This document shows, in pieces, positions 47,144-56,207 of a stretch of DNA of 64,000 nucleotides. Where the stretch lies: NCBI GenBank assembly GCA_963827025.1, contig CAWGZB010000005.1:711471-775470 (forward strand). Reading direction: 5' to 3'. How positions within the stretch are numbered: position 1 is the first letter of the stretch; each line of letters starts with the position of its first letter. Origin of the DNA: an uncultured Actinomycetota bacterium. GTDB lineage: Bacteria > Actinomycetota > Actinomycetes > Propionibacteriales > Nocardioidaceae. The translations under genes were made by a program, and so were the position numbers. The notes beneath the pieces are model-generated. The model saw nothing but the letters and a program-made list of their open reading frames with translations. It was not told the DNA's origin and searched no databases.

Positions 47144-48094
47144 TCAGGTCGTGCTCTCGGCCCTGCTCTCGGCGGGACTCTCGGCGAGGCTCTCGCCCAG
47201 GCCCTCGAGCAGCAGGTCGGCGGCGGCGTAGGGGTCACTGCTGCCCTCGACGACCTCCGCGGCCAGCTCGTCGAGCGCGGCGTTCTCGTGCACGCCTCGC
47301 CACTTCTCGCGCAGCGCGGTGACCGCGATGGCCTCGATCTCGTCGCGGGTGCGCTGCAGCCGCCGGCGGTCCAGCTCGCCGGAGGTCTCCAGGTGCTCCC
47401 GGTGCCGCTGGATCGCAGCGACCACCTCATCCACGCCCTCGCCGCGAGCTGCCACCGTCTTGATGATCTCCGGCTTCCAGGCGCCCTCCGGCCGGTCGGC
47501 GAGGGAGAGCATGTTGCGCAGCTCCCGACGCACCTGGTCAGCGCCTTCCCGGTCGGCCTTGTTGATGACGTAGAGGTCACCGATCTCCAGGATGCCGGCC
47601 TTGGCCGCCTGGATCGCGTCGCCCATGCCGGGCGCCATCAGCACGAGCGTGGTGTCGGCCATCGAGGCGATCTCCACCTCGCTCTGGCCGACCCCGACGG
47701 TCTCCACGAGGATCACCTCGCAGCCGGCCGCGTCGAGGACCCGGATGGCCTGCGGCGCCGCCCAGGAGAGCCCGCCGAGGTGACCGCGCGTCGCCATCGA
47801 GCGAATGAACACCTCGGGGTCGAGGGCGTGGTCCTGCATCCGGATCCGGTCGCCGAGCAGCGCGCCGCCCGAGAACGGCGACGAGGGGTCGACCGCGAGC
47901 ACACCCACCCGCTTGCCCTGCTTGCGCAGGGCGCCGACCAGCGCGGCCGTCGAGGTCGACTTGCCGACGCCCGGGGCGCCGGTCAGCCCCACCACCTGGG
48001 CGCGCCCCTGGGCACCGGTGTACGGCGCCAGCCCGGCCATCACCTCCCGCAGCAGCGGCGAGGCATCCTCCACGAGGGAGATCAGCCGGGCCAC
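47144..48094 (-). CDS. meaB: Methylmalonyl-CoA-mutase-associated G-protein chaperone MeaB/ArgK
   Basis: P-loop GLTGAPGVGKST, then DPSSPFSGGALLGDRIRM, VETVGVGQSE, INKAD. The coordinates use the first canonical start (GTG 48094). Conserved-looking N-terminal sequence continues upstream to 48163 (see findings). Confidence 0.88.
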   Translation of the reverse strand: MARLISLVEDASPLLREVMAGLAPYTGAQGRAQVVGLTGAPGVGKSTSTAALVGALRKQGKRVGVLAVDPSSPFSGGALLGDRIRMQDHALDPEVFIRSMATRGHLGGLSWAAPQAIRVLDAAGCEVILVETVGVGQSEVEIASMADTTLVLMAPGMGDAIQAAKAGILEIGDLYVINKADREGADQVRRELRNMLSLADRPEGAWKPEIIKTVAARGEGVDEVVAAIQRHREHLETSGELDRRRLQRTRDEIEAIAVTALREKWRGVHENAALDELAAEVVEGSSDPYAAADLLLEGLGESLAESPAESRAESTT

Positions 48095-48159
48095 CGCCCG
48101 GGCGTCCCCCTCGCGGGCCTTCTCGACGAGCTCGGGGACGTTGCCCCTCGTCCGCCGGC

Positions 48160-49359
48160 TCAGGAAGCCGGCACCTTCACCACGAGGGCGTCACCCTGGC
48201 CGCCACCGCCGCACAGGGCGGCGACGCCGACGCCACCGCCACGGCGCTTGAGCTCCAGCGCCAGGTGCAGCGTGATCCGCGCACCGGACATCCCGACGGG
48301 GTGGCCGACCGCGATCGCGCCGCCGTTGACGTTGACCTTCTCCTCGGGGATGCCGAGCTCTCGGGCCGAGCTGATGCCGACCGCCGCGAACGCCTCGTTG
48401 AACTCCACGAGGTCGACGTCGTCGACCGACAGGCCCTCCTTCTCCAGCGCCTGCGCGGTCGCCCGCGCCGGCTGGAGCTGCAGGGTGGAGTCGGGGCCGG
48501 CGACCTGGCCGGAGGCGCCGATCTCGGCGAGCCACTCCAGGCCCAGCTCCTCGGCCTTGGCCTTGCTCATCACCACCACGGCGCACGCGCCGTCGGAGAT
48601 CTGCGAGGACGAGCCGGCGGTGATGGTGCCGTCCTTGCTGAACGCCGGACGCAGCTTACCCAGCGACTCCGCGGTGGTCTCGCCGCGCACGCCCTCGTCC
48701 TGGGAGACCACGATGGGGTCGCCCTTGCGCTGCGGGATCTCCACGGGGACGACCTCGTCGTCGAAGACGCCGTTCTTCCAGCCCTCCGCGGCCAACCGGT
48801 GCGACCGGGCGGAGAACTCGTCCTGCTCCTCGCGGGTGAGGTTCGCCGCCGCGGCGTTGCACTCCTCGGTCAGGAGGCCCATCGCCTGGCTGGTGGTCTG
48901 GTCGTACAGGGCGTCGTAGGCCATGGAGTCGACGAGCGTGGCGTCGCCGTACTTGATGCCCTCACGCGACTTGGGCAGCAGGTGCGGGGCGTTGGTCATG
49001 GACTCCATGCCGCCGGCGACGACGATGTCGTGCACGCCGGCGCGGACCAGGGCGTCGGCGGTGGCGATCGCGTTGACGCCCGACAGACACACCTTGTTGA
49101 TCGTGATCGAGGGCACCGACATCGGGATGCCTGCGGCCACCCCGGCGGTGCGGGCGGGGTTCTGTCCGGCACCGGCCTGGATGACCTGACCCATGATCAG
49201 GTAGTCGACCTGCTCCGGGGAGACTCCGGCCTTCTCCAGCGCACCCTTGATGGCGACGCCGCCGAGCTCGGCGGCGGAGAGAGACTTCAGGCCGCCGAGG
49301 AGCCGCCCGACGGGCGTGCGGGCCCCGGCGACGATGACCGACGTGGTGCTGCTGGACAT
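48160..49359 (-). CDS. Acetyl-CoA C-acetyltransferase (thiolase II)
   Basis: Motifs [12 protein letters not shown] (acyl-Cys), [35 protein letters not shown]. Confidence 0.92.
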   Translation of the reverse strand: MSSSTTSVIVAGARTPVGRLLGGLKSLSAAELGGVAIKGALEKAGVSPEQVDYLIMGQVIQAGAGQNPARTAGVAAGIPMSVPSITINKVCLSGVNAIATADALVRAGVHDIVVAGGMESMTNAPHLLPKSREGIKYGDATLVDSMAYDALYDQTTSQAMGLLTEECNAAAANLTREEQDEFSARSHRLAAEGWKNGVFDDEVVPVEIPQRKGDPIVVSQDEGVRGETTAESLGKLRPAFSKDGTITAGSSSQISDGACAVVVMSKAKAEELGLEWLAEIGASGQVAGPDSTLQLQPARATAQALEKEGLSVDDVDLVEFNEAFAAVGISSARELGIPEEKVNVNGGAIAVGHPVGMSGARITLHLALELKRRGGGVGVAALCGGGGQGDALVVKVPAS

Positions 49360-49488
49360 GGGTGCCTCCTGGTGCGAAAAGACGCGTCCTTGCGGACACT
49401 ACCCAGCAACGCCCGCAGGGAGGAGGGGGGTCCAGTCCACGACGGTGTCGGGACGGTCACACCCCGTTGAGGCGTTCGTGGACTGTGC

Positions 49489-49953
49489 GTGATCATGACC
49501 CGCATGAGCACCCCTCTGGACCTCCCCGACCACCTGTTCACCTGCATCGACCACGTGGGGGTGGCGGTTCCCGACCTCGACGAGGCGATCGCGACGTACC
49601 GCGAGAAGTTCGGCATGGAGGTCGCCCACGAGGAGACCAACGAGGAGCAAGGGGTCCGCGAGGCCATGGTCGCCGTTGGTGATTCCGGCTCGCACATCCA
49701 GCTGCTGGCGCCGCTGAACGACCAGTCGACCATCGCGAAGTTCCTCGACCGCTCCGGTCCGGGCCTGCAGCAGCTGGCCTACCGGGTCACCGACGTGGAG
49801 CAGGTGAGCGCGATCCTGCGTGAGCGCGGCGTCCGCCTGCTCTACGACGCCCCCAGGCGCGGCACCTCGAACTCGCGGATCAACTTCATCCACCCCAAGG
49901 ACGCCGGCGGCGTCCTGGTGGAACTGGTCGAGCCGGCCGCCGAGGCGCACTGA
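49489..49953 (+). CDS. mce: Methylmalonyl-CoA (ethylmalonyl-CoA) epimerase, VOC superfamily
   Basis: Motifs IDHVGVAVPDLDEAIATYREKFG, GPGLQQLAYRV, NFIHPKDAGGVLVELVE. The start is ambiguous (GTG 49489, ATG 49495 or ATG 49504). Confidence 0.85.
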   Translation: MIMTRMSTPLDLPDHLFTCIDHVGVAVPDLDEAIATYREKFGMEVAHEETNEEQGVREAMVAVGDSGSHIQLLAPLNDQSTIAKFLDRSGPGLQQLAYRVTDVEQVSAILRERGVRLLYDAPRRGTSNSRINFIHPKDAGGVLVELVEPAAEAH

Positions 49954-50009
49954 TCCCTCCTGCCGGGGTACGGACCGGGGCAGGTAGCCCCGACCCGGAG
50001 GAGGTCCTC

Positions 50010-50876
50010 ATGACGGTAAGCAGCGTCGCCGTGCTCGGCACCGGCCTGATGGGCGCGCCGATGGCGCGCAACCTGAGCCGCGCCGGGCTGGAGGTCAGTG
50101 CCTGGAACCGCTCGGTGGAGAAGGCACAACCGCTGGCGGAGGAGGGGATCGACGTCGTGGAGAGCGCGGCGGAGGCCGTGCGCGGCGCCGACGTGGTGCT
50201 CACGATGCTCTACGACGCCGATGCCGTCCTCGAGGTGATGGGACCGCTGATCGGCGCGGTGGAGGGCACCTGGCTGCAGATGTCCACGATCGGGCTCGAG
50301 GGCACTGAGCGAGCCGCCGAGCTGGCCGCGGGCGCCGGGGTCACGATGCTGGACGCGCCGGTGCTGGGCACTCGCCAGCCGGCCGAGCAGGGACAGCTGG
50401 TGGTCGTGGTCTCCGGTGACGGCGAGGCGATCGACGGGGTGCGACCCGTCCTCGAGGCCGTGGGCTCGCGCACCATGGAGGTGGGTGACCTGCCCGGCCC
50501 CGCCAGCGCGCTCAAGCTGGTCGTGAACGCCTGGGTGGCGTCCCTGAACGCAGCGGTCGCACAGAGCGTGGCTCTCGCCCGAGGTCTCGGCCTCGACCCG
50601 TCGCTGTTCCTGGAGGCGATCGACGGCGGACCGACCGGAGCGCCGTACGCCCAGCTCAAGGGCACGATGATGATCGCCGGCGACTACCCGGTCGCCTTCG
50701 CGCTCGACAACGTCCGCAAGGACGTCGGCCTGATCCGCGAGGCCGCTGAGTCCGGTGCCGTCGAGACGGCGCTGATCGACGCGCTGCTCGAGGTCTACGG
50801 GCACGCCGCGTCCGAGGGCCACGGCGCGGAGGACATGTCGGCGGTGATCGAAGGGTTCGGGACGTCCGCTTCCTGA
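50010..50876 (+). CDS. NAD(P)-dependent beta-hydroxyacid dehydrogenase (3-hydroxyisobutyrate dehydrogenase family)
   Basis: GGAGGAGG RBS. Motifs VAVLGTGLMGAPMARNL, MLDAPVLG, KLVVNAW. Confidence 0.85.
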   Translation: MTVSSVAVLGTGLMGAPMARNLSRAGLEVSAWNRSVEKAQPLAEEGIDVVESAAEAVRGADVVLTMLYDADAVLEVMGPLIGAVEGTWLQMSTIGLEGTERAAELAAGAGVTMLDAPVLGTRQPAEQGQLVVVVSGDGEAIDGVRPVLEAVGSRTMEVGDLPGPASALKLVVNAWVASLNAAVAQSVALARGLGLDPSLFLEAIDGGPTGAPYAQLKGTMMIAGDYPVAFALDNVRKDVGLIREAAESGAVETALIDALLEVYGHAASEGHGAEDMSAVIEGFGTSAS

Positions 50877-50992
50877 GACGGGCTGCCGCCTCCTGAGACC
50901 GGGCCCGGGCGGCCGGCCTATGACCTCTCGCACACCGAGGCCCCAAGGTGACCTACCCGCCGGTATCTTGACCCGCAGCCCGACCGCAGCCC

Positions 50993-52354
50993 ATGGCCCC
51001 CGATCAGGAGACGACCGTGCAGCAGATCCTCGACGCCATCATGTCCGGTGACACCTCGGCCGACGACTTCGCGAACCTCGAGGCCCCGGAGAGCTACCGG
51101 GCCGCCTTCGTCAAGAAGGACGAGGTCGACATGTTCGAGGGGCAGGCGTCCCGCGACAAGGACCCGCGCAAGTCGCTGCACGTCGACGACGTGCCGCTTC
51201 CCGAGCTCGGCCCGGGTGAGGCGCTGGTCGCGGTGATGGCCAGTGCCATCAACTACAACACCGTGTGGACCTCGATCTTCGAGCCGATGCCGACCTTCGG
51301 CTTCCTGGAGCGCTACGGCCGGATCTCTCCGCTGGCCAAGCGGCACGACCTGCCCTACCACATCGTCGGCTCCGACCTCTCCGGCGTGGTGCTCAAGACC
51401 GGCGTCGGCGTGCACACCTGGAAGCCGGGCGACGAGGTGGTCGCCCACTGCCTGTCGGTGGAGCTGGAGCACCCCGACGGCCACAACGACACGATGCTCG
51501 ACCCCGAGCAGCGCATCTGGGGCTTCGAGACCAACTTCGGCGGCCTCGCCGAGGTCGCCCTGGTCAAGGCCAACCAGCTGATGCCCAAGCCCGACCACCT
51601 GACCTGGGAGGAGGCCGCCTCCCCCGGTCTGGTCAACTGCACCGCCTACCGGCAGCTGGTCAGCAAGAACGGCGCCGGCATGAAGCAGGGGGACAACGTC
51701 CTGATCTGGGGCGCCTCCGGCGGCCTGGGTGGCTTCGCGACGCAGTACGCCCTCAACGGTGGTGCCGTGCCGGTCTGCGTCGTCTCCAGCGAGGAGAAGG
51801 CGGAGATCTGCCGCCGAATGGGCGCCGAGCTGATCATCAACCGCAACGAGGAGGGCTACAAGTTCTGGAAGGACGAGCACACCCAGGACCCCAAGGAGTG
51901 GAAGCGCTTCGGCAAGCGCATCCGTGAGCTCACCGGTGGCGAGGACATCGACATCGTCTTCGAGCACCCGGGCCGGGAGACCTTCGGTGCGTCGGTCTAC
52001 GTGACCCGCAAGGGCGGCACGATCACGACCTGCGCCTCGACCTCGGGCTACATGCACGAGTACGACAACCGCTACCTGTGGATGAACCTCAAGCGGATCA
52101 TCAGCTCGCACTTCGCCAACTACCGCGAGTCCTGGGAGGCCAACCGGCTCATCGCCAAGGGGATGATCCACCCCACCCTCTCGCGCACCTACGCGCTCGA
52201 CGAGGTCGGCCAGGCGACCCTGGACGTCCACCAGAACACCCACCAGGGCAAGGTCGGCGTGCTCTGCCTGGCGCCCGAGCAGGGCCTCGGCGTGCGCAAC
52301 CCCGAGATGCGGGAGAAGCACCTCGACCAGATCAACGCCTTCCGCGGGGTCTGA
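50993..52354 (+). CDS. ccr: Crotonyl-CoA carboxylase/reductase
   Basis: 453 aa MDR-family protein with the long Ccr-type N-terminus (ESYRAAFVKKDEVDMFEG). Motifs AINYNTVW, IWGFETNFGGLAE, IWGASGGLGGFATQ, HQGKVGVLCLAP. Confidence 0.9.
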   Translation: MAPDQETTVQQILDAIMSGDTSADDFANLEAPESYRAAFVKKDEVDMFEGQASRDKDPRKSLHVDDVPLPELGPGEALVAVMASAINYNTVWTSIFEPMPTFGFLERYGRISPLAKRHDLPYHIVGSDLSGVVLKTGVGVHTWKPGDEVVAHCLSVELEHPDGHNDTMLDPEQRIWGFETNFGGLAEVALVKANQLMPKPDHLTWEEAASPGLVNCTAYRQLVSKNGAGMKQGDNVLIWGASGGLGGFATQYALNGGAVPVCVVSSEEKAEICRRMGAELIINRNEEGYKFWKDEHTQDPKEWKRFGKRIRELTGGEDIDIVFEHPGRETFGASVYVTRKGGTITTCASTSGYMHEYDNRYLWMNLKRIISSHFANYRESWEANRLIAKGMIHPTLSRTYALDEVGQATLDVHQNTHQGKVGVLCLAPEQGLGVRNPEMREKHLDQINAFRGV

Positions 52355-52363
52355 GAAGCCCTC

Positions 52364-52409
52364 GGTCCACCCCCGGAGCGCCCCTGCGGCGAGGTCCCGG
52401 GGGTGGACC
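52364..52409 (+). terminator. Stem-loop immediately after ccr
   Basis: GGTCCACCCCCGG (52364-52376) and CCGGGGGTGGACC (52397-52409) form a perfect 13-bp stem with a 20-nt loop. There is no U-tract, so it is the I-shaped type common in GC-rich actinobacteria. Confidence 0.45.
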
Positions 52410-52519
52410 ACCGCCTGGACCACCGGCGCGTCGTACGAGTCGCGGCGGGGAATGACGCTGCCCGTGTTGGAGACTGGGGTCGTACGCCGCACCGCACCTC
52501 TCGCAGCGAGGGAACCAGC

Positions 52520-53830
52520 ATGACCGACCAGGGCCTGTCGATCTTCGACCCGCAACCCGCCAACACGACCGACCAACCGCCGAAGGTGGTCCCCCAGCAG
52601 TCCGGCCCAGCAGCCGAGAACACGGGAGACAAGGCAGACAACGCAGACAAGGGACCCACCGGCACCTCCGGCGCTCCCGCCACCTCGAAGAACCCCACCA
52701 CCGAGCAGAGCAAGAAGGAGCCCGTGACCGAGACCCGGCCCGCCCCTGTCCAGCGCGCCCCCCGGAGCGCCACCCCGTCCGGCGCCGGTGGGCAGTCGAC
52801 CCCGCCGGCGAAGCCGCAGGCAGCCGCGCCGTCGCTGCCCAAGCTCCCCACGGTGCGCCGTGGCGGTTACGACCCGGACGCCGTCGACCAGCACCTGCGC
52901 ACCACGCTGGCCGAGAGGGCCGGCCTCTCGGCCAGCCTCGCCGAGGCACAGAGCAGGCTCGAGGCCCTCGAGGCCGAGACCACCGAGCTGCGCCAGTCGC
53001 TCGCCGACAACGACAACCCCTCGTGGGCGGCGCTGGGCGGCAAGGCCAGCGAGATGCTGCGTCTTGCCGAGGAGCAGGCAGCCGAGGTCATCGAGGAGGC
53101 CCGGGCGCAGGCGATGCAGATCCGCCAGCAGGCCCAGCGTGACGCCACCGCGGTGAAGTCCGAGGCCGAGCGCGACGCCGAGGACATGCGGGTGGTGCAG
53201 ACCCGAGAGCTCGAGGAGAACCGCAACCGCACCATGGCCGACATCGAGGCTCACCGCGCCCGGGCGATGAGCGAGGCCGACGACGCTCTCGCCTCCGCCA
53301 AGCGAGAGGCCGAGCAGCAGCGCCTCGCCGCCGAGCAGGAGACCAACGCGCTGCGCACCAGCGCCGCCCGCGAGTCCGAGCAGCTTCGGGCCGCGGCCGA
53401 GCGCGAGGTCCAGGAGGCTCGACGGGCGCTCTCGGTGGAGAAGGAGCGGCTGACCCGCGAGGCGGCCGAGAACCACGACTCCGCGGTCGCCGAGACCCGC
53501 CGGCTGGTCGAGGAGGCCGAGGACCGCGCCAAGGCCGCCCAGGAGCGAGCAGCCCAGGCCACCGAAGCTGCCAGCAGCCACCGCCAGCAGTCCGAGCAGG
53601 AGGCCGAGCAGCTGCTCTCGCGGGCACGCCGGGAGGCCGAGCAGATCGTGAGCGCGGCCAAGAAGCAGGCCGACGCGCTGCGCAACAGCGGGCACGCGGA
53701 CTCCGAGCGAGAGCTGCAGGAGCTCAAGGCCGAGGTCGAGCGCCTGGCCCGCCGTCGCGACGCCATCACCGCCCAGCTCACCGCGCTGCGCGACGTGGTG
53801 GCCGGCTTCGGCGACGACGACGAGAGCTGA
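52520..53830 (+). CDS. DivIVA-domain coiled-coil protein
   Basis: ATG at 52520. A Pro/Thr-rich N-terminal region is followed by the DivIVA motif LPTVRRGGYDPDAVDQHL, then ~300 aa of Ala/Glu/Arg-rich coiled coil. Confidence 0.7.
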   Translation: MTDQGLSIFDPQPANTTDQPPKVVPQQSGPAAENTGDKADNADKGPTGTSGAPATSKNPTTEQSKKEPVTETRPAPVQRAPRSATPSGAGGQSTPPAKPQAAAPSLPKLPTVRRGGYDPDAVDQHLRTTLAERAGLSASLAEAQSRLEALEAETTELRQSLADNDNPSWAALGGKASEMLRLAEEQAAEVIEEARAQAMQIRQQAQRDATAVKSEAERDAEDMRVVQTRELEENRNRTMADIEAHRARAMSEADDALASAKREAEQQRLAAEQETNALRTSAARESEQLRAAAEREVQEARRALSVEKERLTREAAENHDSAVAETRRLVEEAEDRAKAAQERAAQATEAASSHRQQSEQEAEQLLSRARREAEQIVSAAKKQADALRNSGHADSERELQELKAEVERLARRRDAITAQLTALRDVVAGFGDDDES

Positions 53831-53834
53831 CGGC

Positions 53835-55007
53835 TTGCCCAACGACGCCCGCGGGTCCGGCGAGGGGGACCAAGCGTCCCCCGCCGGGCCCGCAGGCACG
53901 TCCGAGGGTGCCGCACAGCGCCGGTTCGCCGCCGGCACCGTCACCACGTCCGGGACGGCGGCGGGCTCGCGCCACTACACCTGGAAGCACGGTCCCTTCG
54001 TCAGCGGCTTCCTGCTCGCGGCCGGCGGTCTGCTCGCCTGGTGGCTCGGGGGGCTGATCCTCTCCGCCGGCTCGGTGTTGATCCTCATCGTGGTCTCCCT
54101 GTTCCTGGCCTTCGGGCTCAACCCCGCCGTGGAGTTCTTCACCCGGCGCGGGCTGCGCCGCTCCTGGGCGGTGCTCGTGGTCGCGCTGGGTGTGCTGCTG
54201 GCGCTGGTGCTCTTCATGGTCGCCATCGTCCCCGTCGTCGCCGACCAGGTACGAACGCTCTCCGACAACGCGCCGGACTACTTCGACCGGCTGATGCACA
54301 ACCGGCGCATCCAACAGCTCAACGACCAGTACGACATCGTCACCAAGGCCGAGGACTACGTCACCAGCGGCGACCTCACCAAGAGACTCTTCGGCGGAGT
54401 GCTGGGCGTGGGCCTGGCCATCCTCAGTGCGCTGGGCAACGCCTTCATCGTGATCGTGCTGACCCTCTACTTCCTGGCCTCGCTGACCACGGTGAAGCGC
54501 ACGATCTACCGGCTGGCCCCGGCCAGCCGCCGCGCGCGCGTGGCCGAGCTCGGCGACCGCATCCTCGACGGGATCGGCGGCTACGTCTCAGGAGCCTTCA
54601 TCGTCGCGCTGGCCGCAGGCACCTCCACCCTGGTCTTCCTCTTCGTGGTCGGGATCGGCGAGTACGCCGTCGCCCTGGCACTCGTGGTGGCCCTTCTCGA
54701 CGTGATCCCCATGATCGGCGCCACCCTGGGCGCCCTCATCGTCAGCGCCATCGGCTTCGCCACCGACGTGAAGACCGGGATCGCCTGCGTGATCTTCTAC
54801 CTCGTCTACCAGCAGGTGGAGAACTACCTGATCTACCCCAGGGTGATGTCCCGCTCGGTCGACATCCCCGGCGCAGTCACCGTGATCGCGGCGCTCGTCG
54901 GTGCCAGCCTGCTCGGCGTGGTCGGCGCGCTGCTGGCGATCCCCACCGCCGCAGCGATCCTGCTCCTGGTGCGCGAGCTGGTCATGCAGCGCCAGGACGA
55001 CCGCTGA
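53835..55007 (+). CDS. AI-2E family transporter (PerM/YhhT-like permease)
   Basis: Multiple TM helices. Motifs LFLAFGLNPAVEFF, VLTLYFLA, LLDVIPMIGATLGA, VIFYLVYQQVENYLIYPRVM. The TTG start at 53835 is uncertain. Confidence 0.8.
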   Translation: MPNDARGSGEGDQASPAGPAGTSEGAAQRRFAAGTVTTSGTAAGSRHYTWKHGPFVSGFLLAAGGLLAWWLGGLILSAGSVLILIVVSLFLAFGLNPAVEFFTRRGLRRSWAVLVVALGVLLALVLFMVAIVPVVADQVRTLSDNAPDYFDRLMHNRRIQQLNDQYDIVTKAEDYVTSGDLTKRLFGGVLGVGLAILSALGNAFIVIVLTLYFLASLTTVKRTIYRLAPASRRARVAELGDRILDGIGGYVSGAFIVALAAGTSTLVFLFVVGIGEYAVALALVVALLDVIPMIGATLGALIVSAIGFATDVKTGIACVIFYLVYQQVENYLIYPRVMSRSVDIPGAVTVIAALVGASLLGVVGALLAIPTAAAILLLVRELVMQRQDDR

Positions 55008-55033
55008 CCCAGCGCTGAGTCACCACCGGTCGG

Positions 55034-55816
55034 TCACCGGTCGACGAAGCGGCGCAGCACCTCCACGAAGACCTCCGGCTGCTGGGCATGGACCCAGTGC
55101 CCGGCGTCCTTGATCGTGACCCGCCTGTTGGTCGGGAACCAGCGATCCATCTGCTGGGCGTACTCGGGCTTGACGTAGCCGGAGTCACCGCCGGCGATCC
55201 ACAGGACCGGTCCCTGGTAGGCCTCCAGGCCGTCCAGCTGCTCCTCGGGCCAGCCGGTGATCTCCGGCAGCTCCTCCCCCAGCACCTCGAGGTTGGGTTG
55301 CCAGCACCAGCCGTCGCCGTCTCGGCGCAGGTTCTGCAGGAGGAAGGCGCGCACGGCGTCGTGGGGCACTGCATCGGCCAGGGCTTCGTCGGCCTCGCTC
55401 CGGCTCGGCAACGCGGCAAGGTCCAGCGCGCGCATCGCCTCGATGTAGCGGGCGAACTCACTGGTGTGCCCGTAGTCCACCGGCGCCACGTCCACCACGC
55501 ACAGGCGGGCGACCAGCTCCGGGCGGCGCAGCGCGAGGACCATGGCGAGCTTGCCGCCCATCGAGTGGCCCACGAGGGTCACCGGGTCGTCCTCGGAGAG
55601 CTCGCCGGCGACCTGCTCGGCCATCTCCACGTAGTCGAAGTGGTCGGCCCACGGCGAGCGGCCGTGGTGCGGCATGTCCAGGAGCAGCACCCGGTGGTCC
55701 TCCCCGAGCGCCTTGGCGATGGTCGTCCAGTTCCGGCCCTGCCCGAACAGGCCGTGGCAGAACACGATCGGTGACCCCTCGTCGCCGATCCGGGTGACGT
55801 GCAACCCGCTGCTCAT
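55034..55816 (-). CDS. Alpha/beta hydrolase
   Basis: ATG at 55814-55816. Motifs FCHGLFGQGRNW, nucleophile elbow LVGHSMGG, C-terminal DAGHWVHAQQPE. Confidence 0.85.
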   Translation of the reverse strand: MSSGLHVTRIGDEGSPIVFCHGLFGQGRNWTTIAKALGEDHRVLLLDMPHHGRSPWADHFDYVEMAEQVAGELSEDDPVTLVGHSMGGKLAMVLALRRPELVARLCVVDVAPVDYGHTSEFARYIEAMRALDLAALPSRSEADEALADAVPHDAVRAFLLQNLRRDGDGWCWQPNLEVLGEELPEITGWPEEQLDGLEAYQGPVLWIAGGDSGYVKPEYAQQMDRWFPTNRRVTIKDAGHWVHAQQPEVFVEVLRRFVDR

Positions 55817-55930
55817 GGGTGGATCCTTTCGGAAAGCATCGTCACGCGGCACCTGGGGGTGAGGTGTCGGTGTCCCGGGTGCCCAGCAGCCGGGCAGTCC
55901 GACGACGCTCCGAGCGCCGCGCCCGCCGGG

Positions 55931-56137
55931 TCAGTCGCCCTCCGCGTCGGGGCGCTCGTGCGGGGTGGAGGTCTGCGTCGACTCCGCACCGGTGCGCCCC
56001 GGAGCCTCGGTGCGCTCTGCGGACTCCTCGAGGATCTGCTCCGCCTGCTCGCGAGGGTTCTCGCTGCCCGCAGCCCTCTCCTCGGGCAGGAGCTCCGAGC
56101 GGCTCTCGACGTGGTCCGCGTCCGGTTGGTCGGTCAT
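55931..56137 (-). CDS. Small acidic hypothetical protein (68 aa)
   Basis: MTDQPDADHVESRSELLPEERAAGSENPREQAEQILEESAERTEAPGRTG.... The codon bias is acceptable but there are no family motifs. Weak call. Confidence 0.3.
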   Translation of the reverse strand: MTDQPDADHVESRSELLPEERAAGSENPREQAEQILEESAERTEAPGRTGAESTQTSTPHERPDAEGD

Positions 56138-56207
56138 GGAGTCGAACGTACAAGGTCGAGTGCCCACCTCCGCCGGCACGACGACCGCTGCAGCACCCGA
56201 CCCGCGA

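Noticed and set aside
48160-48170. A programmed frameshift might fuse the thiolase and MeaB.
   Set aside because: There is no slippery heptamer or stimulatory structure at the junction. The thiolase ends with a normal family C-terminus ([11 protein letters not shown]..). Separate proteins with coupled translation are far more likely.
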